Shown piece by piece: positions 1 to 8,209 of a DNA stretch of 24,232 nucleotides. The stretch comes from Halodesulfurarchaeum sp. (GTDB taxonomy: Archaea; Halobacteriota; Halobacteria; Halobacteriales; Halobacteriaceae). Every line of letters begins with the position of its first letter. The first letter of the stretch is position 1. The translations under genes and the position numbers were made by a program. The stretch spans positions 1-24,232 of the forward strand of contig JBDGUI010000009.1 of assembly GCA_042216015.1 (NCBI GenBank), written 5' to 3'. The notes under the pieces were generated by a model, which saw nothing but the letters and a program-made list of their open reading frames with translations, made no database searches and was not told the origin of the DNA.

Positions 1-737
1 GATTTTCGCCACGTATGGCTGTCTACCCGGGCTGTTCACCGGCTGGTATGACGGAACCCGCCATCAGCAACATCAGACGATTGCCACCCGAGAGGGGCAT
101 CGCTGTGCTATCACGGGTACTTCGACATGACCTCCGAAATGCGATGAACGTGATTTTGGGACGTACCAAAACGATTCAGCGGAAGGGGTCAACACAGATA
201 GCTAACCACGCCCAGGAAATCCTTGATACGGGGCATAATCTCATGGAAATGACCGCAAAGGAGCGGGACGTGGTCGAAACCCTCGTGAATCCCTCGAAAC
301 CGAAGCCTCTCGATCTGGCAACAGTAGTCGAAAACGTCGTGGAACGTCTCCGAAGTACCCATCCGGAAGCAGTCATAACGGTATCGGGTACCATCGCGTT
401 TCGAGTTCGAGCAGTGCCAGAATTGCCAAAGGCTCTCGAAGAATTGATCGAAAACGGGATCGTCCACACCGAGGCTGACCAACCAAGGGTCTCAGTTCAA
501 ATCGATCAGTCGGGAACAAACGTCATCATTCGAATCACTGATAACGGAAAGGGCATTCCACCCGAAGAAATCGCCCTCATCTCTGACAATCAAACTGAAA
601 CCCAGCTGCGACATGGGAGCGGTCTCGGATTGAAACTTGCCGATCTCGTTATCCGTCAGTCGGGTGGGTCTCTGGAGTTCAGCAACACAAGACAGGGAGG
701 AACTCAAGTACTTGTAAGACTCCAATTGGTTGAATAG
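1..737 (+). CDS. Membrane sensor histidine kinase, 5'-truncated by the window edge, probable +1 frameshift at about 94-97
   Basis: The frame of ORF 15..737 encodes an H-box (LSRVLRHDLRN), N-box (ELIENGIVH), G1 (ITDNGKGI) and G2 (HGSGLGL). Frame 2 from nt 2 reads IFATYGCLPGLFTGWYDGTRHQQHQTIATRE, which looks like the end of a TM helix plus linker and joins GIAVLSRVLRHD if one G of GGGG (94-97) is removed. Confidence 0.85.
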   Translation, partial: FSPRMAVYPGCSPAGMTEPAISNIRRLPPERGIAVLSRVLRHDLRNAMNVILGRTKTIQRKGSTQIANHAQEILDTGHNLMEMTAKERDVVETLVNPSKPKPLDLATVVENVVERLRSTHPEAVITVSGTIAFRVRAVPELPKALEELIENGIVHTEADQPRVSVQIDQSGTNVIIRITDNGKGIPPEEIALISDNQTETQLRHGSGLGLKLADLVIRQSGGSLEFSNTRQGGTQVLVRLQLVE

Positions 738-765
738 ATGGGATATTTTCAGCCGCCCTTGAGGT

Positions 766-791
766 GAATACGGGATCCCTTCCCCGGATTC
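766..791. terminator. Imperfect hairpin between the convergent kinase genes, possible bidirectional terminator or processing site
   Basis: GAATACGGG (766-774) pairs with CCCGGATTC (783-791) at 8 of 9 positions around an 8-nt loop, within the 59-nt gap between the two stop codons. Confidence 0.25.
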
Positions 792-796
792 GGCTC

Positions 797-2284
797 TCAG
801 GTCGATTTTTCCAATCGGATCTTGAACACGGACCCTTCTGGTTCGTTTTCCTCGTAGGTAATCTCTCCCCTGAAATCAGAGACCCATCTCCGTACCAGAT
901 ACAATCCCATTCCGGAACCGCTGCTTTCCAGTCCCTGTTTCCCTTTTGTGAATAACTCGTTTTGCAGGGCCTTCGGAATCCCTGGGCCGTTATCCACCAC
1001 TGAAATCGTTACCGTGCCATTTTCTTCGTCCGCCGATATCCGCACCCTGGGATCCGGTTTATCGTTGTGTTGGATCGCGTTGTTGATCAAATTCCGAAAG
1101 ACGGAAGACAACATTTCGTTTGCCTCGACAGTCACCTGGGGAAATTCGTCATCCACTTCGATTGTTGCATCCGGGAACGTTTGGCGCCGGGATTCCACCA
1201 CCTGCTCGAGCGTCTCCCCGAGGGAAACGTCCTCGATTGGGATATCGTCGTTCTCGCTCAGTGCTTCAACATATTCCCGCGCAGATTTGGTCAATTCGAT
1301 CACGTGCTCGACGGACCGCTGAAGTTTCTTCGTGATCTCGAGGATCTCCGCTCGATCCGATTTGTCCCGGAGCAAATCCACCCACCCCCGGATGACGTTC
1401 ATATCGTTGCGAATGTCGTGGCGCACGACCCGGTTCAGCGATTCCAATTGATCATTCCGGGTTTCAAGCCGCTGTTCGTACTCCTTGAGATCGCTGATAT
1501 CGCTGTTTATCGCCACGAAGCGCTCGATTTCTTCCCCATCATCGCCATACACGGGCGCAATCGTTTGATCTGCGTAGACGAGGTCCCCGGACCTAGTCTG
1601 GTTGATTATTTCGCTTTCCCAGACCTCCCCGTTGTTGATCGTCTCCCACATGTCCTCGAAAAATTCTGAATCGTGTTTGCCGGAGTTGAGGATTGAAGCG
1701 TTCTCGCCGATGACTTCATCTTCATCGTATCCGGTCGTTTCGACGAAAGCTGGGTTTACGTATTCGATATTCCCGTCGAGATCGGTGAAATAGACGCAGT
1801 GTCCGGCGTGTTCGATTGCCTTCTGAAAGGTACGCAACTGTGATTGGCGATCCCGATTGGCGATGTACAGACCTCCGATGACGGTGCCGAATGTCGCACC
1901 ACCTATTGCCATATCGGATATCACAACCAGGGGATACTGGATATCCCCCTGCATCGATTGTTGATGTAATATGAGTAGGAGCGTTAATCCGGCAGTAACT
2001 CCCCAGCCCACGAGTGCCCAGAACGGAATGTAAAAGGCATACTTGCTACCATGCTGGTATTCCTTGACCGTCGAGTGTGAGAGCCAGAGCATCGCCACCG
2101 TGAGTCCAATCGGCCAGACGATCTCTAACAGACCGAAAAACGAAGCGAGGCGAAGATTCGACAATTGCGATGCGATGGGAAAATATGTCGATACGATCCC
2201 GAGTGCGATAATGACTAGGTAGACCAAACGTGTATCCTGTAAACCGAACGTTGGGATTTTCATACAATCATATTGAGTTGGCAC
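797..2284 (-). CDS. PAS/PAC sensor histidine kinase with N-terminal transmembrane region
   Basis: About 4 hydrophobic helices, a PAS domain (TDLDGNIEYVNPAF...TGY, SGKH...F...MWETI..G..W), H-box LNRVVRHDIRN, N-box NLINNAIQH, G1 VVDNGPGI and G2 GSGMGL. Start is GTG 2284 or ATG 2263. Confidence 0.92.
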   Translation of the reverse strand: MPTQYDCMKIPTFGLQDTRLVYLVIIALGIVSTYFPIASQLSNLRLASFFGLLEIVWPIGLTVAMLWLSHSTVKEYQHGSKYAFYIPFWALVGWGVTAGLTLLLILHQQSMQGDIQYPLVVISDMAIGGATFGTVIGGLYIANRDRQSQLRTFQKAIEHAGHCVYFTDLDGNIEYVNPAFVETTGYDEDEVIGENASILNSGKHDSEFFEDMWETINNGEVWESEIINQTRSGDLVYADQTIAPVYGDDGEEIERFVAINSDISDLKEYEQRLETRNDQLESLNRVVRHDIRNDMNVIRGWVDLLRDKSDRAEILEITKKLQRSVEHVIELTKSAREYVEALSENDDIPIEDVSLGETLEQVVESRRQTFPDATIEVDDEFPQVTVEANEMLSSVFRNLINNAIQHNDKPDPRVRISADEENGTVTISVVDNGPGIPKALQNELFTKGKQGLESSGSGMGLYLVRRWVSDFRGEITYEENEPEGSVFKIRLEKST

Positions 2285-2495
2285 GAGGGCTCCGACACTG
2301 ACCGACTCGATAGATATTAGTTGGTCGATTATTTTCCACTCGTCGTGCTGAATTTTGCCCCAAAGTCACAGGTTGATTCTTTTGAGACGGTTTTGTTATA
2401 GTCATGGGATGATTGTAAGGTAATGAAAATTTGTCCCGGTTTGATCGGGGGCCAGATTTCGAAAAAGTCACCCGGACCACATTCGAAGAGGGCCT

Positions 2496-2891
2496 ATGCT
2501 CCCCGAACGACAGATCGACGCTCTCGCCGTCGCCCTGGCGGCCATCCCGGTCGCCGCGGCCATCCTGGTCTGGCCCGAACTGCCCGACGAGATGGCGATC
2601 CACTGGGGATCCGGGGGACCGGACACGTTCGTCGGGAAGCCGCTGGCCACGTTCGGCCTCTTCGCGTTTGCGGTCGGAACGATCGCCTTCGTTCGACTCG
2701 CCCCGAACTCGCTCACGAATACCCCCGGCGGGGAGACGCCGACGGTCCTCTTTCTCGGGCTGGTGTTCGCGTGGGTCGAGGGCATGGTCGTCGTCTGGAA
2801 CCTCGGGGTGCACTTCCCAATCGAACTCGCGATCCTCCCGATCCTCGTGCTCGCAGCTGGCCTGGTGGCGTATGCGTACTGGCGGCAGTGA
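2496..2891 (+). CDS. DUF1648 (SdpI/YhaI-like N-terminal domain) membrane protein
   Basis: 131 aa with about 4 TM segments and the signature-like WPELPDEMAIHWGSGGPD after the first helix; host-like codon usage. Confidence 0.75.
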   Translation: MLPERQIDALAVALAAIPVAAAILVWPELPDEMAIHWGSGGPDTFVGKPLATFGLFAFAVGTIAFVRLAPNSLTNTPGGETPTVLFLGLVFAWVEGMVVVWNLGVHFPIELAILPILVLAAGLVAYAYWRQ

Positions 2892-2941
2892 GACGAATCG
2901 CGAACGACACGTAGATACGTCCGCCACCCCCAGCCCCCCGC

Positions 2942-4453
2942 ATGGAGGTGGCCCTCGTCATCCTCGACGGGTGGGGACTCGGCGACCACGACCGACTGAA
3001 CGCCGTCGAGGCCGCATCGACCCCCACCTTCGACCGGTTCTGGGAGACGGGTGCCACGGGCACCCTTCGGACCGACGGACCGTCCGTCGGGCTGCCGGAG
3101 GGACGGATGGGAAACAGCGAGGTGGGCCATCTCACCGTCGGTGCCGGACGATCGCTCGACCAGCCCGCCCTCCGAATCGATCGCCAGATCGAGGCGGGCG
3201 AGTTCTGCGAGAACGAAGCACTCGAGACCGTTTTCGGCGCCGCCGAGAAGCGAGGGGGCCGGGTGCACCTGCTCGGGCTCGTCAGCGACGCGGGGGTCCA
3301 CGCCCATCAGGAACACGTCCACGCGCTGATCGAGTGTGCAGCCGACCGAGGCCTCGACGCCGTGACTCACGCGTTCACGGACGGCCGGGATACGGATCCC
3401 ACGGACGGACTGGGCTACATCGAGGCCCTCGAAGCCGCCGTCGAACGAATCGGCACGGGGGAGATCGCGACCGTCTCGGGACGATACTACGCGATGGACC
3501 GTGATACGAACTGGGAGCGGACCCACCAGGTCTACGACGCGATCGTGAACCGCGAGGCGCCCCACCGCGCCGCGTCGGCAACCGCCGCCGTCGAAGCCTC
3601 CTACGACCGGGGAGACACGGACGAGTTCGTCGAGCCGACGCTGATCGATGGCGGGCCCGCCCTCAAGGACGGCGACAGCGTCGTCTTCTGCAACTTCCGC
3701 GCCGATCGAGCCCGGCAATTGACCCGAATGCTCGCGGACATCGACCCGGAATGGCCCGGACGGACCGACCCGCCGGACGTCGCGCTCGCGACGATGACCG
3801 AGTACGATCGGACCTTCGACCTCCCCGTTCTCATCGAGCCCAACGAGCCCACGGTCACCCTCGGGTCGGTCCTCGAGCGCGAGGAACGCAGTCAGCTCCG
3901 GATCGCCGAGTCCGAGAAGTACCCCCACGTGACCTACTTCCTCAACGGGGGCCGAGAGGTCGAGTTCGAGGGCGAGATCCGGGAGATCGTCGCCAGCCCC
4001 GACGTGCCGACCTACGACGAGCAGCCCGAAATGAGTGCCGTCGAGGTCACCGACGTCGCAATCGAGATCGTCGAAGATCGCGACCCGGATGTACTCGTCC
4101 TCAACTACGCCAATCCGGACATGGTCGGACACACCGGGGACTACGAGGCCGCCATCGAGGCCGTCGAGACCGTCGATCGGGAACTGGGGCGGCTCGGTGC
4201 GGCCGTTCACGCCGCCGCCGGCCACCTGCTCGTGACCGCCGACCACGGGAACGCAGAGGACATGGGCACGCCCGAGCACCCGCATACGGCCCACACGTTC
4301 AATCCGGTCCCGTTCGTCTCGATCGGTCCCGGGAACACGAACGGTCGGATCCGAGACGGGGGGACACTGGCGGACATCACCCCCACGATTCTCGCGCTGC
4401 TGGGGATCGAGCGGCCCCCAGCGATGACCGGCCGTTCGCTTCTCTCGTTCTGA
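2942..4453 (+). CDS. gpmI: 2,3-bisphosphoglycerate-independent phosphoglycerate mutase
   Basis: Motifs ILDGWG, GNSEVGH (catalytic Ser), SGRYYAMDRD, NFRADRAR, AESEKYPHVTYF, NYANPDMVGHTG, TADHGNAE and HTAHT; 503 aa. Confidence 0.97.
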   Translation: MEVALVILDGWGLGDHDRLNAVEAASTPTFDRFWETGATGTLRTDGPSVGLPEGRMGNSEVGHLTVGAGRSLDQPALRIDRQIEAGEFCENEALETVFGAAEKRGGRVHLLGLVSDAGVHAHQEHVHALIECAADRGLDAVTHAFTDGRDTDPTDGLGYIEALEAAVERIGTGEIATVSGRYYAMDRDTNWERTHQVYDAIVNREAPHRAASATAAVEASYDRGDTDEFVEPTLIDGGPALKDGDSVVFCNFRADRARQLTRMLADIDPEWPGRTDPPDVALATMTEYDRTFDLPVLIEPNEPTVTLGSVLEREERSQLRIAESEKYPHVTYFLNGGREVEFEGEIREIVASPDVPTYDEQPEMSAVEVTDVAIEIVEDRDPDVLVLNYANPDMVGHTGDYEAAIEAVETVDRELGRLGAAVHAAAGHLLVTADHGNAEDMGTPEHPHTAHTFNPVPFVSIGPGNTNGRIRDGGTLADITPTILALLGIERPPAMTGRSLLSF

Positions 4454-4454
4454 C

Positions 4455-5612
4455 TCAGGACGGGTCGTATTCGATGGTGCCATCGACGACGGTCAGCTCG
4501 ACGTCCAGCTGACCGATCGGCGTCTCCCACGGGGAGGCAGAGAGGGCGACGAAATCCGCCGAAGTGCCGGCGTCGAGGGTGCCAGTGCCTGATTCCGGAG
4601 TCGCTGGTGGGCCAGTTCCGCCGGTAGCGGCCCTGACGGCCTCGGTCACCCCGAGGCGGTCCTCGGGGCTGGCCCCGGTCGCGCGTTCGATGCTCCGGAG
4701 GGGGATCGGGCGGCGGCCATTGCTCCCGAACGCCACGGGGACTCCCGCCGCCACCAGTCTCCCAAATTGCAGGCCCCGGGTTTCGCCAGCCCCTACCTCG
4801 CCTGGGTTCCGACCGCCGGTCGTCGATCCGGAACCCGGGTTGCCAACGACCGTGGCCCCGAGCCCCGCGAGTCGCGGGACCTGTTCATCGGACACCGCTC
4901 CGCCGAGCCAGATCCGTGGCCGAGTTACGTCCGAGCCGTCGAGCGCGGAGAGAAGCGGGCTAAGCGCGGCCGGATCGTCGACAGTCACACTGACCCGGAA
5001 ATCCGATTCGGTGGACCGCCTGAGGAAATTCTTCACGAAATTCGCGGACCCATCGTCCACATCCACCCCGAGCGATTCGAGGCACAGCCGACCAGTCCCG
5101 ACGTCGGAGCCGAGCCCGAGCCGCGTTGCAGCGTCGAGGGGAGCCGGGCTCTCCACCGACCCCGCGTCCTCGCGGTAGTTCAGCCGCGTCCTGATCGGCA
5201 GTTCCTCGGCCCGCGCCAGTTCGTGATAGGCCCGGGCAGTTTCGGAATTTCGGACGGCGTCGGAGACGGTCGTGACGCCCTGCTCGAGTGCATCGTCGAG
5301 GGCGGCCATCAGGACATCGCGGGCCTGCTCGATGCCCGCCGGTGCGCTCCTTTCCCCCGCCTTCCCGGATTCATCGAGGCGTTTCCCGACCCGCGAGAGA
5401 TCGGCGTGCCCGTCGACAAACCCGGGGAGGACAGTTCGACCTGCCAGGTCGACCCGGCGGGTCTCGATGCCCTCGAGGAACTCGACCTCGTAGGTGTCAG
5501 CGACCCGGCAGACCGTGCCATCGCGGACGGCGAGGGCCTCCTCGATCCGATCGGAGCCGGGGCGAACGTGGATCTCGCCATCGACGAAGATCGCGTCGGC
5601 GGGTTCGGCCAT
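4455..5612 (-). CDS. YtcJ-like (Amidohydro_3) amidohydrolase family protein, shortened and with degenerate metal ligands
   Basis: N-terminal beta region (EALAVRDGTV...VDLAGRTVLPGFVDGH), QGVTTVSD, VPVAFGSN and C-terminal GTLDAGTSADFVALS...TVVDGTIEY; 385 aa. Confidence 0.8.
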   Translation of the reverse strand: MAEPADAIFVDGEIHVRPGSDRIEEALAVRDGTVCRVADTYEVEFLEGIETRRVDLAGRTVLPGFVDGHADLSRVGKRLDESGKAGERSAPAGIEQARDVLMAALDDALEQGVTTVSDAVRNSETARAYHELARAEELPIRTRLNYREDAGSVESPAPLDAATRLGLGSDVGTGRLCLESLGVDVDDGSANFVKNFLRRSTESDFRVSVTVDDPAALSPLLSALDGSDVTRPRIWLGGAVSDEQVPRLAGLGATVVGNPGSGSTTGGRNPGEVGAGETRGLQFGRLVAAGVPVAFGSNGRRPIPLRSIERATGASPEDRLGVTEAVRAATGGTGPPATPESGTGTLDAGTSADFVALSASPWETPIGQLDVELTVVDGTIEYDPS

Positions 5613-5688
5613 ATCCCCACCGACGGCCCGGACGCCAAAACGATTGGCCTTCCCCTCGCGGGCCCGGATTCCACGTGTCCCGGTTCAC

Positions 5689-6204
5689 TCAGAGCCGGCG
5701 GTACCCCGACGGACCCTCGACGATTTCGCCCCGTCTGGCCAGCTTCTCGAGGGCCGTTCGGACGGCATCGGCGGGTACCCCTCGGTCGCGCGCGTACTCG
5801 AGAATCGCCTCCTCGGTCGGTTCCTCGAGGGTCTCGATCACGTCGAGGATCCGGTCCCGGCGGCTCGTCGACCCGGAATCGCTGGCCTTCCCAGCGTCTG
5901 CGATCGCCTTCGGATCGAGCCCGTGTTCTGTGAGGTACTCCTCGTCGCCGACCCCCACCGAGTCGATGGCCTCCTCCATTTCCCCGATCGAATCCAGCCG
6001 TTCGTAGGCCTCCTCGCGGTCCTGGGCCGAGGCGAGCATCGCCGCCCTGACCTCCCGGGCCTCCTCGCGGTCCTCGGTCCGGACGAACTGCTTGAGCCGC
6101 TCGAACTGGTGACGGGTCCGGCATCGGGGACAACTGGTCGTCTCGGGACGCCCCTCGACGATCCAGAGGGCCCGGCAGTTCGAGCACCCCACCACCGCGT
6201 ACAT
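5689..6204 (-). CDS. DUF5817-like haloarchaeal protein: N-terminal CxxC...CxxC zinc-ribbon-like motif, C-terminal winged-helix-like region
   Basis: Start reassigned to ATG 6204 (MYAVVGCSNCRALW...SCPRC), supported by TTTAAC at -25 to -30. The C-terminus EEAILEYARDRGV...ALEKLARRGEIVE..SGYRRL resembles a wHTH. 171 aa. Confidence 0.75.
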   Translation of the reverse strand: MYAVVGCSNCRALWIVEGRPETTSCPRCRTRHQFERLKQFVRTEDREEAREVRAAMLASAQDREEAYERLDSIGEMEEAIDSVGVGDEEYLTEHGLDPKAIADAGKASDSGSTSRRDRILDVIETLEEPTEEAILEYARDRGVPADAVRTALEKLARRGEIVEGPSGYRRL

Positions 6205-6228
6205 GCCCGAAGCTGGTCGCTCCTCGTA

Positions 6229-6234
6229 GTTAAA
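6229..6234 (-). promoter_or_regulatory. TATA box of the DUF5817-like gene (leaderless-type spacing)
   Basis: Minus-strand TTTAAC lies 25-30 nt upstream of ATG 6204 and is the only AT-rich patch in the spacer. Confidence 0.55.
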
Positions 6235-6299
6235 CCTCGAGGTGGGACAGGGCCCGACCAATCCGGCTGCCATAGCGAGCGAGATCCCCGGCCCCCAGT

Positions 6300-7607
6300 T
6301 CAGTCCCCGTCGACCCAATCGAGAAAGGTGTCGAAGGCCCCGCTTTCCGGGTGGACGTGGGCGTACGTTCCCACCGTTTCGTACTCGGTTAGTCCGTCCC
6401 GGCCGTCGGCGATGCCATCGCCCCTGACCATCGAGAAGGCGAGTTTCGCGTCGCTATCGAGGGTTGCCTGCGAGTAGTGGAACTCGTGGCCACGGAGTCG
6501 GTCGCCGGGAGCGGCAGTGGGCGTATGCCGGTCCGCCCGCAGTTCGACGTGGTCGAGGGCCTGGTGACGGTCGGCCATCTCGACGTCTGCCGGGAGCACG
6601 CCGGCCATCTCGTAGCGATCACCATCGGTGGTTTCGAGGGACTGCGAGAGGACCATCAAGCCCCCGCACTCCCCGAAGACGGGCGTCCCTGCCTCTGCCC
6701 GCGACCGGATCTCCGCGAGGGTCGAACTGGCTTCCAGTTCCGGGGCGAATCGCTCCGGGTAGCCGCCCGGAAGGTAGATGCCATCGCAATTCGGGATAGG
6801 GTCGCCGGCCACGGGGGAGAACGTCACGACGTTCGCACCGGCCCGCAGCCGCTCCATCGCAGCCGGGTAGACGAACGAAAACGCGCCGTCGCGGGCCACC
6901 GCGACACAGGCCCCGGAGTCCGGCGGGTCGGGGTCGGGGGGCGCCGCGACTGGTTCCCGAGCCACCTCCACCAGTCGGTCGGTCCGAACGTGTGCCGCTG
7001 CATCCCGCAACGCGTTTCGGGGAAGCGCGGCTTCCTCCCCCATGTGGAGTCCGAGATGGCGATCCGGGACCTCGAGGGCCGGGTCCGGCGGTATCCGGCC
7101 GAAGTAGGTGAGATGATCCGGCAGGGCCTCCCGAATCCCGCGTTCGTGGCGGCCGCCGTGGGCCCGCTGGGCGAGAATGCCGGCCACGTCGATGTCCCGA
7201 CCGGCCTGCTCCGCGTAGCGCTCGAACCCGAGCGCGGTCGCGGCAACACTCTCCATGCCTGCCTTGGCGTCGACGACCAGCACCACCGGGAGCCCGAGGG
7301 TCTCGGCGACCATGGCGGTGCTCGAGGCGTCGCCGTCGTAGAGGCCCATCACGCCTTCGACGACGGCGATGTCGCCCTCGCTCCGGGCGTAATTTCGCCT
7401 GACCCCGTAGGGTCCCTGCATCCAGACGTCGAGGGTTCGGGAGGGCGTTCCGGCGATCTCGCGGTGGTGGCTCGGATCGATGAAGTCCGGGCCGGCCTTG
7501 GCCGGCTGAACCGACAGCCCCTCCTCCTCCAGCGCGGTCATAACGGCCAGCGAGGCGACAGTCTTGCCGACCCCGGAAGCGGTGCCGGCGAGGACGAGCC
7601 CCTTCAT
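6300..7607 (-). CDS. cbiA: Cobyrinate a,c-diamide synthase (CbiA/CobB)
   Basis: P-loop GTASGVGKT, KAGPDFIDPSHH, VEGVMGLYDG and RHLGL, followed by a GATase domain (YLPGGYPE, GECGG, GHEFHYS, GTYAHVH). Confidence 0.95.
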   Translation of the reverse strand: MKGLVLAGTASGVGKTVASLAVMTALEEEGLSVQPAKAGPDFIDPSHHREIAGTPSRTLDVWMQGPYGVRRNYARSEGDIAVVEGVMGLYDGDASSTAMVAETLGLPVVLVVDAKAGMESVAATALGFERYAEQAGRDIDVAGILAQRAHGGRHERGIREALPDHLTYFGRIPPDPALEVPDRHLGLHMGEEAALPRNALRDAAAHVRTDRLVEVAREPVAAPPDPDPPDSGACVAVARDGAFSFVYPAAMERLRAGANVVTFSPVAGDPIPNCDGIYLPGGYPERFAPELEASSTLAEIRSRAEAGTPVFGECGGLMVLSQSLETTDGDRYEMAGVLPADVEMADRHQALDHVELRADRHTPTAAPGDRLRGHEFHYSQATLDSDAKLAFSMVRGDGIADGRDGLTEYETVGTYAHVHPESGAFDTFLDWVDGD

Positions 7608-8209
7608 GGTCGATGGCCCTCAGCGAGCCGCCTGGCTCGATCCCAGTCGCCGTCCGCGAGTGCCGACTTGATCCGGTCGTCCTCGAGGACGTTCCAGAGG
7701 AACTCGCGGCGCGCAGCTTCACCCAGCTCCGTCGCGTCTTCCCGGAGGTCGGCCTGCAACGCCACCATCGGATCGATCGCCTCGATTTCCGACTCGAGCC
7801 GACGCCGGAGGTGCTTGCTCACCGCCGGACTGGCCCCCTCGGTCGAAATGCCGACGGTCACGTGCTCGCCGGCGATCACGCTGGGCGTGACCACCTCCCC
7901 GGGCTCGTCGACGCGGTTGACCAGAGCGCCCGCCGCTCGCGCTTCGTCGGCGATGGCCGCGTTCAGCTCGGCATCGTCGGTCGCCGGGATCACGAGAAAC
8001 GCGTCCCCGACGCGTGTAGCAGCTTCGTCGGCGTCGATTTCCGACTCGACTTGCCGACAATCGATCTCGGCTAACCGGTCGTCGAACTCCCGCGAGACGA
8101 CGACCACGTCTGCCTCCGGCGCGAAGAGGTCGGCCTTCCGGGCGGCGACCCTCCCCCCGCCGAAGATGACGACTCGCTTGCCCCGAACGTCGTGGAAGAG
8201 CGGGATCAT
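7604..8209 (-). CDS. sirC: Precorrin-2 dehydrogenase (SirC/Met8-like, CysG N-terminal type)
   Basis: MIPLFH...VVIFGGGRVAARK NAD-binding motif, plus ATDD, VNRVD and ISTEGASP; 4-nt overlap with cbiA. Confidence 0.9.
   Translation of the reverse strand: MIPLFHDVRGKRVVIFGGGRVAARKADLFAPEADVVVVSREFDDRLAEIDCRQVESEIDADEAATRVGDAFLVIPATDDAELNAAIADEARAAGALVNRVDEPGEVVTPSVIAGEHVTVGISTEGASPAVSKHLRRRLESEIEAIDPMVALQADLREDATELGEAARREFLWNVLEDDRIKSALADGDWDRARRLAEGHRP

Larger units (their letters stand above)
1..2470. other. Lower-GC accessory segment (edge of a possible horizontally acquired region)
   Basis: Hand counts of three sample 60-nt lines give 43-55% GC here, versus 77% for a sample line in gpmI. The 2285-2470 spacer is AT-rich. 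CTAG occurs at 1593 and 2215. Confidence 0.6.

Noticed and set aside
2909..2920. ACGTA-GA-TACGT inverted repeat at the gpmI promoter position
   Set aside because: It is short and single-copy and overlaps the probable TATA-like TAGATA; this is insufficient evidence for an operator.
2468..4483. 671-aa antisense ORF opposite gpmI, and similar long shadow ORFs (6477..8249 +, 8209..9270 +, 16417..17598 -, 21038..22504 -, 22649..23764 -)
   Set aside because: They mirror well-supported genes, which is the expected result of high-GC codon bias leaving few antisense stops. They have no recognisable motifs or promoters.
4455..5612. Amidohydrolase as a cobinamide-salvage CbiZ
   Set aside because: CbiZ belongs to a different family. 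This protein has YtcJ/Amidohydro_3 features and lacks catalytic ligands.
6234..6243. Perfect palindrome ACCTCGAGGT beside the DUF5817-like TATA box
   Set aside because: CTCGAG/TCGA cores are very frequent in this DNA, and I saw no matching copy at another promoter.
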